Source: Arenicellales bacterium
GTDB taxonomy: Bacteria > Pseudomonadota > Gammaproteobacteria > Arenicellales > Poriferihabitantaceae
DNA length: 64,000 nt
NCBI GenBank assembly: GCA_965200715.1
Contig: OZ241374.1
Span: 2,725,031 to 2,789,030 of the forward strand
Direction of reading: 5' to 3'
A program made the translations under genes and the position numbers. The notes under the pieces are model-generated. The model saw only the letters and a program-made list of their open reading frames with translations. It was not told the origin of the DNA and searched no databases. Within the stretch, counting starts at the first letter, position 1; each line of letters opens with the position of its first letter. Of the stretch, positions 10,128 through 19,254 are shown piece after piece.

Positions 10128-10882
10128 GTACTGATGTTTCTTAATGACCGAATATAGGCGCGTTCAAGATAATAATTCACTTCAGTTTTTGTATAGCCAA
10201 TCAGATCAATCAGTCGTCTCCGACATTCATTCATAGAGGCACCCCTTTGCTTCCATACAGGAACCCGTTTCATCAACGTTTCAATTCTCTCACGCGGTGT
10301 GATGATCCATGTATCTTGTGGAGTTTCACCAAATGAAAAATCTGCATCACATACGTTCTTTGCTTTCGGCTTCATATACATTACCAAAGTCAGCACTCTG
10401 CGTGCACCACTATCAAGTATATATTGGTTCAGAAACTGCAAAGTCCCGCCACCATCTCCCAAGTCATCAATGACCAAGACCGTCTGACCACTGATCGGGA
10501 TTGAAATACCATGCTGAACTCTGGGGTTTTGGTAGCGCTGGCCAGGTCCCTTATACAGGGAAACACCGAGCGTGCCGAATTCGATCTTTGGAGAACCATC
10601 CAAGCGACCTTCTACCAGATGATCATAAAGCAACACACTTGGTAACAAGCCCCCCATGGTGACCATTAACGCCCGCGTGATACGTTCGGTAGAATCATCT
10701 TGTTCCGACTGCCAACGATGCACTTGTTTTGCCAGATCCAGACAGGCAGCAGACTCGACCGCATCTGGAACTAATAGAAAATTCAACTCATCATCCGGAA
10801 CCGAAACACCCTGTGGGTTTTTCCAGAAATCCAAATCAATAAATTCCCTAGAACATGTGAGCTGTTTTAGGTAGGTATCCAA
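10124..10882 (-). CDS. Type I phosphoribosyltransferase family protein (purine PRTase-like) with extra N- and C-terminal regions
   Basis: The PRPP-binding loop is VLVIDDLGDGGGTL, and a flexible-loop region lies upstream. At 252 aa it is longer than classical HGPRTs. Confidence 0.6.
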   Translation of the reverse strand: MDTYLKQLTCSREFIDLDFWKNPQGVSVPDDELNFLLVPDAVESAACLDLAKQVHRWQSEQDDSTERITRALMVTMGGLLPSVLLYDHLVEGRLDGSPKIEFGTLGVSLYKGPGQRYQNPRVQHGISIPISGQTVLVIDDLGDGGGTLQFLNQYILDSGARRVLTLVMYMKPKAKNVCDADFSFGETPQDTWIITPRERIETLMKRVPVWKQRGASMNECRRRLIDLIGYTKTEVNYYLERAYIRSLRNIST

Positions 10883-11043
10883 GTTCCAAAAATGTTTCAG
10901 TTATGAAATTCGAAAAATGATAACAGGACGATCGAATCAGTATTTCGACTGATCGGTATGAAATGACAATTCTCAGTCGTTAGTGTACTGGATTACTGAA
11001 CGAAATTGGTTAGGAACAACGTTTGAGTTTGGCTGGATTTCCT

Positions 11044-12357
11044 TCACTTTTTCGAATGGATAACCGATTCATCCAGTTGATTCGCCTCAACAACACCGGA
11101 AGCGATGTCCACCTTTGATAAGAAAATTGCACCGCCAGCAAACAGAATAAGCAACGCCAAAATGCTATCTCTCTCATCAGCACCAATAATGGCTAGAGGA
11201 ACGATAATCATCAATAGCGGTCCCAAAATACTCGAGAATCTGCCAACCAGATTGAAAAAACCAAAAAACTCCGCAACTTTGGATTTCGGTATCAGTCTTG
11301 CAAATAGGGATCGACTTAATCCCTGAATTCCTCCCTGAACTAAACCGATACTTGCTGCTAGAAAATAAAAATCCATGGCAGAACGAAGCCATTGCCAAGC
11401 ATAAGTGATAACAACCGCATACACTACAATACAAATATAAATTCCGGACTTCGGTCCAATTTTTTTCCCAAACCACCCAAAAAACAGAGCGGCTGGAAAT
11501 GCGACAAATTGCGTGAGCAGTAATGCCTTGATCAGGCTCTCCGAAGGCAGTCCTAAAATGCGATCTGCAAAAAAAACGGCCATTTTGAAAATGGTTGCTA
11601 CACCATCGATATACAACCAATAACCAATGAGAAAGAAAGAGGCTGCTCTGAGCACTCGGATTTCCCGAAACGTTGACTTGAACCGATACCATCCTTCACG
11701 AGCTGTCGATCCTATACTTCGTTTTTGGACAGCAGATGGTTCTTTCACAAAAAGAAAAAGAGGTAGACTGAAGAGTAACCACCAGATCCCAACTGACACA
11801 AATGAAACTGCGAGAGCGACTGAGGTTGATGCAAGCCCAAACCAACCCGGATTGGTAACCATCAATACATTGATCAGAAACAACAGGCCACCTCCAATAT
11901 AACCGAGTGCATAACCAAAACCAGACACGATATCAACTTGATCAATCGATGAGACCATGACCAATAAAGAGTTATAAAAGGTGATCGCCCCATTGAATCC
12001 AATGAGTCCGATTCCATACAGGATCAACGCCATCCACCACACCCCCGAAGCTGCCCAACCAAGACCTAGGCACATAATAATGCCGAGCAGGGTAAAGCCT
12101 GCGAGAAAGGTTTTACGCTGATTACCGGAATCCGCAATCGCACCCAAAATTGGCGAGCTAATACCAACCACAATACTTCCTATGGCAATCGTGATATTGA
12201 GCCAGATCTGTGCATCCTGAGTAGACAGATCACGAGTCATATGACTGTAAAGGACTGGAAAAAACCCAGCAACGATGGTTGTCGCAAATGCCGAATTTGC
12301 CCAATCGTACAGGGCCCATGAGAGTACTTTGCGGTCTAAAAACAGAAAAGCTCTCAT
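11044..12357 (-). CDS. MFS transporter, UMF1 (Atg22-like) family
   Basis: The N-terminus is SWALYDWANSAFATTIVAGFFPV. About 12 hydrophobic segments over 437 aa. Confidence 0.8.
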   Translation of the reverse strand: MRAFLFLDRKVLSWALYDWANSAFATTIVAGFFPVLYSHMTRDLSTQDAQIWLNITIAIGSIVVGISSPILGAIADSGNQRKTFLAGFTLLGIIMCLGLGWAASGVWWMALILYGIGLIGFNGAITFYNSLLVMVSSIDQVDIVSGFGYALGYIGGGLLFLINVLMVTNPGWFGLASTSVALAVSFVSVGIWWLLFSLPLFLFVKEPSAVQKRSIGSTAREGWYRFKSTFREIRVLRAASFFLIGYWLYIDGVATIFKMAVFFADRILGLPSESLIKALLLTQFVAFPAALFFGWFGKKIGPKSGIYICIVVYAVVITYAWQWLRSAMDFYFLAASIGLVQGGIQGLSRSLFARLIPKSKVAEFFGFFNLVGRFSSILGPLLMIIVPLAIIGADERDSILALLILFAGGAIFLSKVDIASGVVEANQLDESVIHSKK

Positions 12358-12736
12358 TTCAATCTGGTGCAGAAGCTAACTTCGTATCCGAAATTTGGTA
12401 ATTCAATCTTCATTTCTTATCCATATAATCTTACCTGAAAGCATGCATAATCTATTGGCCGATGTATTTTGGTGCATATCAACCAATTTCAGGTAGCAAT
12501 TCGCGTCATGAGACTTGGATATCGAAACTCCTCCAAAAAAATTACACATGCATCAATCTACCTTTGCTTCTAGTTTCAGTACCTGCTAGATTCAGATCAT
12601 CAATAATCATCTGGTGCAAACGTAGTTCGTATCGAACATCTGTAACTTGCAATCAAAGAAGCCAGAACTAAACCATTTTAATGATCTCATGGATGTATGG
12701 GGTGCTTAGTTGTAACAGACAACAGCCAGATAAAAA

Positions 12737-12755
12737 TGTTATCATGTTGATAACA
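12737..12755. promoter_or_regulatory. Perfect 8-3-8 inverted repeat TGTTATCA-TGT-TGATAACA, candidate (metallo)regulator operator
   Basis: Read directly from the sequence. It lies about 125 nt upstream of the MBL-fold/HupE gene pair, in the divergent intergenic region shared with the MFS gene. The half-site TGTTAT/ATAACA is reminiscent of Zur/Fur-type boxes. Confidence 0.3.
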
Positions 12756-12879
12756 AAACGTATTTCATGACTACAATTCCATCAGCTCGATAAAACGTCG
12801 ATCATAGACTCAACCCGCCTTACTTTAATCATAATTTATGTGGTAATCTATCTCATCAATCAACCTGAATTATTACACA

Positions 12880-13821
12880 ATGAATAGAACAAAAATATTT
12901 GCAATAGCCATTGCAATAGCCATTGGCGGTATCGCAACAATCAGTGACGAGGCAGTCAGTCAAATGAATGCCTGGATGTCGAATAAGAATCACAATCGGA
13001 TTGTTCAAATACAGAATGAAGGTGGTGTTCAGAATTCTTCTGGAATGGTTGAAATTGCCTATTATAGTAACTCGTCATTCAAAATAACCTCACCAAAGGG
13101 CATAACCTTAATGGTAGATCCTTGGAGAAACGACCCTTCAGGAGCATGGGGTCTTTGGTATCGCATGGAGTTCCCAATGACGGAGGTGGACATTGGTTTG
13201 TCTACCCATGCCCATTTTGACCATGATGCTCTGGATAGACTAGATGCGAATATGTTGTTAGATCGCATGGGCGGCACCTTTGAACTTGGCGATGTCAAGA
13301 TCATTGGAATTGCTGACAAACATGTCTGTGTCGCACCGGGAATCATTCCTTGGACAGATGCCGTCAAGCAATTTGAAGGACGAGACGATCCTTGCCCACC
13401 TACCAACATGAGACACTTGGATAATAATCTCTACATCATTGAAACTGGGGGTCTACGCCTTCTGATGTGGGGAGATAATCGAGCTGACCCACCCGCTTCA
13501 GTCATGGAAAAAATCGGACAAGTGGATGTTGTGTTCGTACCGGTTGATGGATCACGACACATTCTCGACTATGAACAAGCGGATAATGTTGTTGTAATGA
13601 CCGGTGCAAAAGTGGCTATCCCTCATCACTATCTGGTGCCAGAGACAACATTTGTGACTTCCACTTTAATGACTGCTCTTGAATGGACCGAGCGACATCC
13701 AAACACGATACTGGATAAACCGACTGTACAATTAAGTACAGATAGTATCGCCGATATGAAGGGGCATGTGATGTACTTCGGCTCTCACAATATGGTTACT
13801 AACGAAGGCGGTACTGGCTAA
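12880..13821 (+). CDS. Secreted MBL-fold metallo-hydrolase
   Basis: N-terminal signal-like segment IFAIAIAIAIGGIA, the metal-binding motif STHAHFDHD, and later PHHY. Confidence 0.7.
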   Translation: MNRTKIFAIAIAIAIGGIATISDEAVSQMNAWMSNKNHNRIVQIQNEGGVQNSSGMVEIAYYSNSSFKITSPKGITLMVDPWRNDPSGAWGLWYRMEFPMTEVDIGLSTHAHFDHDALDRLDANMLLDRMGGTFELGDVKIIGIADKHVCVAPGIIPWTDAVKQFEGRDDPCPPTNMRHLDNNLYIIETGGLRLLMWGDNRADPPASVMEKIGQVDVVFVPVDGSRHILDYEQADNVVVMTGAKVAIPHHYLVPETTFVTSTLMTALEWTERHPNTILDKPTVQLSTDSIADMKGHVMYFGSHNMVTNEGGTG

Positions 13822-13996
13822 ACTAACTGCCTTCTGACTTTTTCGAAAGTTGGGGAATCTCACCCCAACTTTCCAAATACAACAAACGAACTGGGTTTCA
13901 CTAAAAATCCATGTACATGGTTGTTTTTTGATTTGCCGAAATTTCGTTAAAGACAATCGGTTCTACCTCGGTGTTTGTTATAACCACGAGAGAGTG

Positions 13997-15301
13997 ATGA
14001 GATCCGTGTTTTGCTTGATAACACGCTCATATAGGTCAGTATTAATCCGACTTATTCTGACATTCTTAATCTTTCTTGCTTCCCCATTCGCCTCGGCACA
14101 TTTCAATCTGGATCTGAATATTCGTACAATCCATGTTGTTCATACTAATCAAGGGCTTGACGTTTATCTTCGATTGCCGACTCCTATATTTTTAGCTGGT
14201 CTTGTGCTAGAGAATGAGTTTGAGATGTTGGAGCCTGCGCCCTTTACCTATAACCGAATGGAATCCGGGACGCTGATGCACTATCTTGATTTGAAATCGA
14301 TTCGGGATGCACCTGTTCGTTTCGCATCATTGGCTGAAAGTGGGATCGTTTTTTCTGCAAATGGGAAAAAGTTAGAGGCTGAAATTGTTGATATAGGTCT
14401 ACATCCTGGTTTTGAGCAACCGCCATTTTCGACTCTAGAAGAAGCAAAACGATCTTTCGAAGGCGAAATTTTTCCCTATGGATATCCAGAAATATATGTG
14501 GGTAGCACAGTTACCGATCTGCAGCTTCGCTATCGACATGATGGCCCAGTTGATGCCTACTCATTCCAAAGTCTGTTCAATCCGGGTTTGGAGGATCAAG
14601 AAAAGACAGCAAATTTGATTCTTGATCATTTTGCGGGTAATGTCCGAGTCCATAGATTGACCGGTCTATTGAATGAACCTGTTCAAATTCGAAACTCGGA
14701 ATGGGCGGCTATTTCTTCATTTATTCAACTAGGACTTATCCATATACTTGAAGGTTTAGACCATGTCTTATTCATTTTATGCCTGACGATTGGTGCGACA
14801 GGACTCATCGGATTATTATGGCGAATAACAGGCTTCACGGTCGGCCATACGATCACTCTTATCGTTGGATTTTTCGGCTATGTCCCGAGCGGCACTTGGT
14901 TCATACCGTTCATAGAGACTGCGATCGCTCTGACCATTATCTACGCAGCAGGAATAGTCCTTTTATCGAAACGCAAGATGGCAGACTCCTTTATTTCCTA
15001 TACAATTACGATCGGTATCGGATTAATCCATGGACTTGGTTTTTCGTTTGTTCTCCATGAATTGCTACTACCTGAAGGTGCCCATCTCTGGAAATCTCTT
15101 ATCGCTTTCAATATTGGCGTAGAGATAGGACAAGTCATGATTGTTTCAGGAGTTTGGTTGCTGTTGTGGATGATAGCCCGAATCAATCAGCGCGCGCTCA
15201 TTCCATTGTATTGGATCATAGCACTCCCTTGTATTAGTATAGCTTCGTACTGGGGCTTGGAGCGTTTCTTACAGTTGATCCGTATTGTGTCATCCTCTTG
15301 A
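13997..15301 (+). CDS. HupE/UreJ-family (type 2) metal transporter-like membrane protein with a large N-terminal extracytoplasmic domain
   Basis: The signal peptide ends ...ASPFASA|H. The C-terminal half carries GLIHILEGLDHVLFILCL, GHTITL, GLIHGLGFSFVL and FNIGVEIGQ motifs. The ATG at 13997 is preferred over the TTG at 13850. Confidence 0.65.
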   Translation: MRSVFCLITRSYRSVLIRLILTFLIFLASPFASAHFNLDLNIRTIHVVHTNQGLDVYLRLPTPIFLAGLVLENEFEMLEPAPFTYNRMESGTLMHYLDLKSIRDAPVRFASLAESGIVFSANGKKLEAEIVDIGLHPGFEQPPFSTLEEAKRSFEGEIFPYGYPEIYVGSTVTDLQLRYRHDGPVDAYSFQSLFNPGLEDQEKTANLILDHFAGNVRVHRLTGLLNEPVQIRNSEWAAISSFIQLGLIHILEGLDHVLFILCLTIGATGLIGLLWRITGFTVGHTITLIVGFFGYVPSGTWFIPFIETAIALTIIYAAGIVLLSKRKMADSFISYTITIGIGLIHGLGFSFVLHELLLPEGAHLWKSLIAFNIGVEIGQVMIVSGVWLLLWMIARINQRALIPLYWIIALPCISIASYWGLERFLQLIRIVSSS

Positions 15302-15624
15302 ACTTAAGCTTGTTGCGAGATTTTTCGATCATTTCACTTTGTTAATCAGATAAAAGAGTACCTCTTGGAAGTGAGAGATCGTATTTGTTTGGCAAGAACT
15401 AGAATCAAAGTATAGTTTCCAAGGCATCGTGCTAATGTTTGTATACGCAATTCGAAAATTCAAAATCACTACCGAGTTGTGGATTGGGCCTGGATAGTCA
15501 TTCAATATTATGGGGCATCGAATTAGCAAAGGGTCTTGTTGCAAAATTCCAAATTGCTCTATTCATATTACCCAACCCATGATATGCTATCGCTTGTGTT
15601 TAACTCATGAAAGGAGGTGGTCCT

Positions 15625-15696
15625 ATGTCTAGTATTTTGAATTTGATCGGCTCATCCACGGTGTCAACAATAAAGCTTACACCTTTATCGATCTGA
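15625..15696 (+). CDS. Candidate 23-aa micro-ORF (MSSILNLIGSSTVSTIKLTPLSI)
   Basis: A strong AAGGAGG Shine-Dalgarno ends 7 nt before the ATG. An intrinsic terminator follows about 40 nt downstream. No homology evidence is available. Confidence 0.2.
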   Translation: MSSILNLIGSSTVSTIKLTPLSI

Positions 15697-15733
15697 ACAC
15701 CACAAACTGGCTGAATCGGTCAGCCAAAATACG

Positions 15734-15760
15734 GGGCTGCGAATTGCAGCCCTTTTCAAT
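15734..15760 (+). terminator. Intrinsic terminator (possibly bidirectional)
   Basis: A 7-bp GC-rich stem (GGGCTGC/GCAGCCC) with a 5-nt loop is followed by TTTTCAATTT. On the minus strand the stem is followed by GTATTTT, so it may also serve nrdJb. Confidence 0.6.
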
Positions 15761-15870
15761 TTGTCAAAACCAAAACCATCTGGACTGGTTCCAATCGAGA
15801 CTCTGCAATCAGAGACCAACAACGAATTCAAATCATCGGGGAGAGACCTGTTGTTGATCGACAAACCTAC

Positions 15871-16605
15871 TCATCCGCACTTGCTATCCCCACAATTCAG
15901 GCAAACCATGCACCCGTCCATCATCACCACTGCCATAACATAACATTTTTGACATAGAGTCGCCCCAATCGGAAAATCCCCTCTCGACCCAGATGGGAAT
16001 GTGCCCTTCATGTTGGTTTGCTGCATTTCCTCGAATTGCTTTCGTTTCTCGTCAATCATAGCCTGTCTCGACTGACTTTGCTCTTCTTCAATAATCATGC
16101 CGATCATTTTCAGATGCGCTTCGACAACATTTCCGATTTCCGATACTAGGGACGGTACATATTGCCCATGCGTACCCGGCTTGATGTAACCACCTTTGGG
16201 ATCAAATACACCCTGCAATTCATCAACCATGAAAGTAACATCACCACCCTTACGAAATACAGCCGAAATAATGAGTGTCAAGGCAGTAATCCACTGATAG
16301 TGCTCCATGTTTTTCGAGTTTACAAAAATCTCAAAAGGTCGACGCTTTTCATAAGGAGTACCGGGATTGAGCACAATATCGTTGATGGTGATATAAAACG
16401 CATGCTCAGTCACAGGTGTCTTGATCTTGTATGTGCTGCCAGTTAGAGACTCGGGACGTGCAACATTCTCATGCATTCGCACAATATTGTCCTCAGGGTT
16501 CTCTTGAACTGCTACGGGTACAGACGTAACTTGCACTTCGGACTCATCGCCCTGTTGCTTGATTACGTTATAACCAACAATTTTTCGCTCTATTTTTCTG
16601 GTCAT
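15871..16605 (-). CDS. nrdJb: Class II (B12-dependent) ribonucleotide reductase, C-terminal split subunit NrdJb
   Basis: RPESLTGSTYKIKTP...FYITINDIVLNPGTPYEKRRPFEIFVNSKNMEHYQW corresponds to the C-terminal third of NrdJ. It ends in a Cys-rich tail, CQKC...CLNCGDSKCG. Confidence 0.8.
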   Translation of the reverse strand: MTRKIERKIVGYNVIKQQGDESEVQVTSVPVAVQENPEDNIVRMHENVARPESLTGSTYKIKTPVTEHAFYITINDIVLNPGTPYEKRRPFEIFVNSKNMEHYQWITALTLIISAVFRKGGDVTFMVDELQGVFDPKGGYIKPGTHGQYVPSLVSEIGNVVEAHLKMIGMIIEEEQSQSRQAMIDEKRKQFEEMQQTNMKGTFPSGSRGDFPIGATLCQKCYVMAVVMMDGCMVCLNCGDSKCG

Positions 16606-16793
16606 GAAAATTCACTCATCGCTCGTTCAGATTCATCATCATCCGAAAACCTCTCAAATCGATATCGCTCTATTTCTGGAATAACAGCCTGCCTCGCTTG
16701 GTTATGACCCAAGGTAAATCCAGTGTGCATAGCAAACTGAATTCTACGTTTGGCTTTTTGCTGTTTGATTCCGAGTTTCTTGAGTTTTTGCAT
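16602..16793 (-). CDS. Candidate 63-aa ORF between nrdJa and nrdJb (basic N-terminus, acidic C-terminus)
   Basis: Its stop overlaps the nrdJb start (ATGA, 16602-16605), and it starts 49 nt after the nrdJa stop. No recognisable motif. Confidence 0.3.
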   Translation of the reverse strand: MQKLKKLGIKQQKAKRRIQFAMHTGFTLGHNQARQAVIPEIERYRFERFSDDDESERAMSEFS

Positions 16794-16841
16794 TGAATTC
16801 GTTCATTTTCCCGATTGTCATTTAAGGGTCGGGAATGTGAT

Positions 16842-18989
16842 CTAGAATCGTCCGTAATAACCTTCCTTTAATGCATCGAATAAATTGGCAGCACTATGCT
16901 GCTCTCCGTCATACTCGATCATCTCATTTCCCTTGGCCTCGATGATTTCTCCATTATCAAGGGTAAATCGATAAATCGTATTTTCCAAATCTTCTTCCTT
17001 CACCAATACACCCTGAAAGGCTTCTGGGTTAAAACGGAAGGTTGTACAACCCTTGAGACCCTGCTTCCATGCATACATATAAATATCCTTGAATTCATCG
17101 AAATCAAAGTCAGTCGGAACATTAGCGGTTTTCGAAATCGACGAATCAATCCATTTCTGGGCAGCCGCCTGAATTTCAACATGCTGTTGTGGTGTGACAT
17201 CGTCAGCGGCAACAAAATAATCTGGCAGCTGATTCTTCTCATCCTTTGCTCCCGGTTCCGCTTGTGGATTTACCAACTGCCTGTAGGCAAGAAGTTCGTA
17301 AGAAAATACATCGACACTTTCTTTTGTTTTCTTGCCTTCTCTTATTACATTACGCGTGTATTTGTGTGCAAAACTAGGCTCAATACCATTACTGGCATTG
17401 TTGGCTAAAGACAGGCTAATAGTGCCGGTTGGCGCAATTGAAGTATGGTGTGTGTAGCGACAACCTTTTTCGACGATCTCGTCTTGCAAGGATTTTGGAA
17501 ATTTTTGCATGTACCGACTGTAACGGCCTATCAGTTCACGACCCTTGATTGTATCACCTGCTCGATAACCTTTTTCCTTCATCTCAGGGCGTTGTCGTAA
17601 CATCTGCTGCGTCACTGTAAAATCCTCATCGAAAATAGGCGCCATACCTTTCTCTTCGGCTAATTTAATACCGACCCGCCAACCAATCTCAGCCATCTCT
17701 CTCGCAACCTGTTCCGTAAACTCAAGTGATTCAGGCTCACCGTATTTCATTCTTAGCATGGTTAGTGTTGAGCCAAGCCCCAAAAAACCCATCCCATGAC
17801 GACGCTTTCTGAGAATTTCCTCACCCTGTGAATCCAGTGGGAGACCATGGATTTCAACGACATTGTCAAGCATGCGTGTAAATACTGCAACAAGCTCTCG
17901 GTACTTCTTCCAGTTAAAACGAGCCTTACTGGTAAATGGATATTCGACACACTTGGTCAAATTTATTGAACCTAACAAACAGGCACCATATGGAGGTAAT
18001 GGCTGTTCACCGCAAGGATTGGTGGCTCGGATTGTTTCACAAAACCAATTGTTATTCATCTCATTAATACGATCAACCAGAATAAATCCAGGCTCTGCAT
18101 AATCGTAGGTGGAATTCATTATTTGATTCCATAATCTATGGGCAGGGACCTTGTCATATACTCGGCATGCAACTCGTCCCTGTTCATCTTTTATATATCG
18201 ATCATCATGCTCCCAGTTGCGATAAATAATTTCATATTCACCAGACTCGAACTCATGCTGCTTGGCCGGAAAATACAAAAGCCAGTCCGAGCCTTCCTCA
18301 ACCGCTTTCATGAATTCATCGGTGATCAAACAAGAAAGATTGAACTGCCGAAGCCTGCCGTCCTCTCGCTTGGCACGAATAAAATCGCTGATATCCGGAT
18401 GAGAAATATCGAAGGTTGCCATCTGCGCACCACGACGTCCACCAGCCGAAGAAACGGTAAAACACATTGCATCAAAAATATCCATAAATGATAGCGGACC
18501 AGATGTCTGTGCGCCAGCGCCAGAAACCAGGGCACCTTTGGGTCTTAATGTCGAAAATTCATATCCAATACCGCATCCAGCCTTAAGGGTGAGACCGGCT
18601 TCTCGAACTGATTCCAGAATTCCTGCCATGGAGTCTGGAACAGTACAGGAGACTGTGCAGTTTATGGTACTAGTTGCAGGTTTGTGCTCTAGTGCCCCGG
18701 CATTCGAGATAATGCGCCCAGCTGGGATTGCCCCATTTTGCAAGGCCCAAATAAATTGTTCACGCCAGTATTCTTTCTGGTTCGCTTTCTCACTTATAAC
18801 TAATGCTTCGGCAACTCTCCCATAGGTATCTTGGATATCCTGATCAACTGGCCATCCATCTTTGGTTTTCAGTCGGTATTTTGTGTCCCAGATATCCAGT
18901 GAGGTGTTCTGCATTGGAACCGATTCTAGTTCGGGATCCTGAAATTCATTCTGATCCTCTATCAATTCAAGGCGTGTTGTTTCTTGCAT
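16842..18989 (-). CDS. nrdJa: Class II (B12-dependent) ribonucleotide reductase, large split subunit NrdJa
   Basis: NCTVSCTVPDSM, GCGIGYEFSTLRPKG, NPCGEQPLPPYGACLLGSINL and SIAPTGTISL are class I/II RNR active-site motifs. 715 aa. Confidence 0.9.
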   Translation of the reverse strand: MQETTRLELIEDQNEFQDPELESVPMQNTSLDIWDTKYRLKTKDGWPVDQDIQDTYGRVAEALVISEKANQKEYWREQFIWALQNGAIPAGRIISNAGALEHKPATSTINCTVSCTVPDSMAGILESVREAGLTLKAGCGIGYEFSTLRPKGALVSGAGAQTSGPLSFMDIFDAMCFTVSSAGGRRGAQMATFDISHPDISDFIRAKREDGRLRQFNLSCLITDEFMKAVEEGSDWLLYFPAKQHEFESGEYEIIYRNWEHDDRYIKDEQGRVACRVYDKVPAHRLWNQIMNSTYDYAEPGFILVDRINEMNNNWFCETIRATNPCGEQPLPPYGACLLGSINLTKCVEYPFTSKARFNWKKYRELVAVFTRMLDNVVEIHGLPLDSQGEEILRKRRHGMGFLGLGSTLTMLRMKYGEPESLEFTEQVAREMAEIGWRVGIKLAEEKGMAPIFDEDFTVTQQMLRQRPEMKEKGYRAGDTIKGRELIGRYSRYMQKFPKSLQDEIVEKGCRYTHHTSIAPTGTISLSLANNASNGIEPSFAHKYTRNVIREGKKTKESVDVFSYELLAYRQLVNPQAEPGAKDEKNQLPDYFVAADDVTPQQHVEIQAAAQKWIDSSISKTANVPTDFDFDEFKDIYMYAWKQGLKGCTTFRFNPEAFQGVLVKEEDLENTIYRFTLDNGEIIEAKGNEMIEYDGEQHSAANLFDALKEGYYGRF

Positions 18990-19035
18990 GCCAATTCATT
19001 CTTTTCTCTTGTAGGTTTTCAATGATGACGATCAC

Positions 19036-19254
19036 TCAGCTCTCTTCTAGGATATAGAGGGTCCCACAGTAGGGACATCGTTCTCGCCCGGTTTCTCCAA
19101 TAGGCAAAAATACTTTTGGGTGCGAATCCCACAACCGCATATTTGGCATCGGACAGTGAAGCGGTAAATCATTTCGCGTGACCCGAATTACCCGGTGTGC
19201 ATTTGGCACATCCGATACACACTCCATATTACTTGTGGTTTGTGTTTCAGACAT
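19036..19254 (-). CDS. zf-CHCC zinc-finger domain protein
   Basis: 72 aa. LHCPMPNMRLWDSHPKVFLPI...ERCPYCGTLYIL matches the C-H-C-C finger pattern. Confidence 0.6.
   Translation of the reverse strand: MSETQTTSNMECVSDVPNAHRVIRVTRNDLPLHCPMPNMRLWDSHPKVFLPIGETGRERCPYCGTLYILEES

Noticed and set aside
12462-12671. 69-aa ORF in the MFS/MBL intergenic region.
   Set aside because: No RBS, Ser/Arg/Cys-rich odd composition and no motif. Treated as non-coding.
13850-13996. N-terminal extensions offered by the ORF track (13850 for the HupE-like gene, 20293 for DUF482, 23068 for yicC, 24741 for the lipoprotein, 26644 for rpoZ).
   Set aside because: The upstream parts lack family similarity. Internal starts reproduce the canonical N-termini or signal peptides, so the shorter models were adopted.
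16896-17408. A 170-aa ORF antisense to nrdJa. Similar long antisense or alternative-frame ORFs are 75-434, 3622-4035, 11177-11692, 13062-13409, 23658-24059, 26691-27035, 27665-28090, 40778-41125, 52839-53372 and 59243-59614.
   Set aside because: Each lies entirely within a motif-supported CDS on the other strand or frame, and each has a low-complexity or atypical composition.
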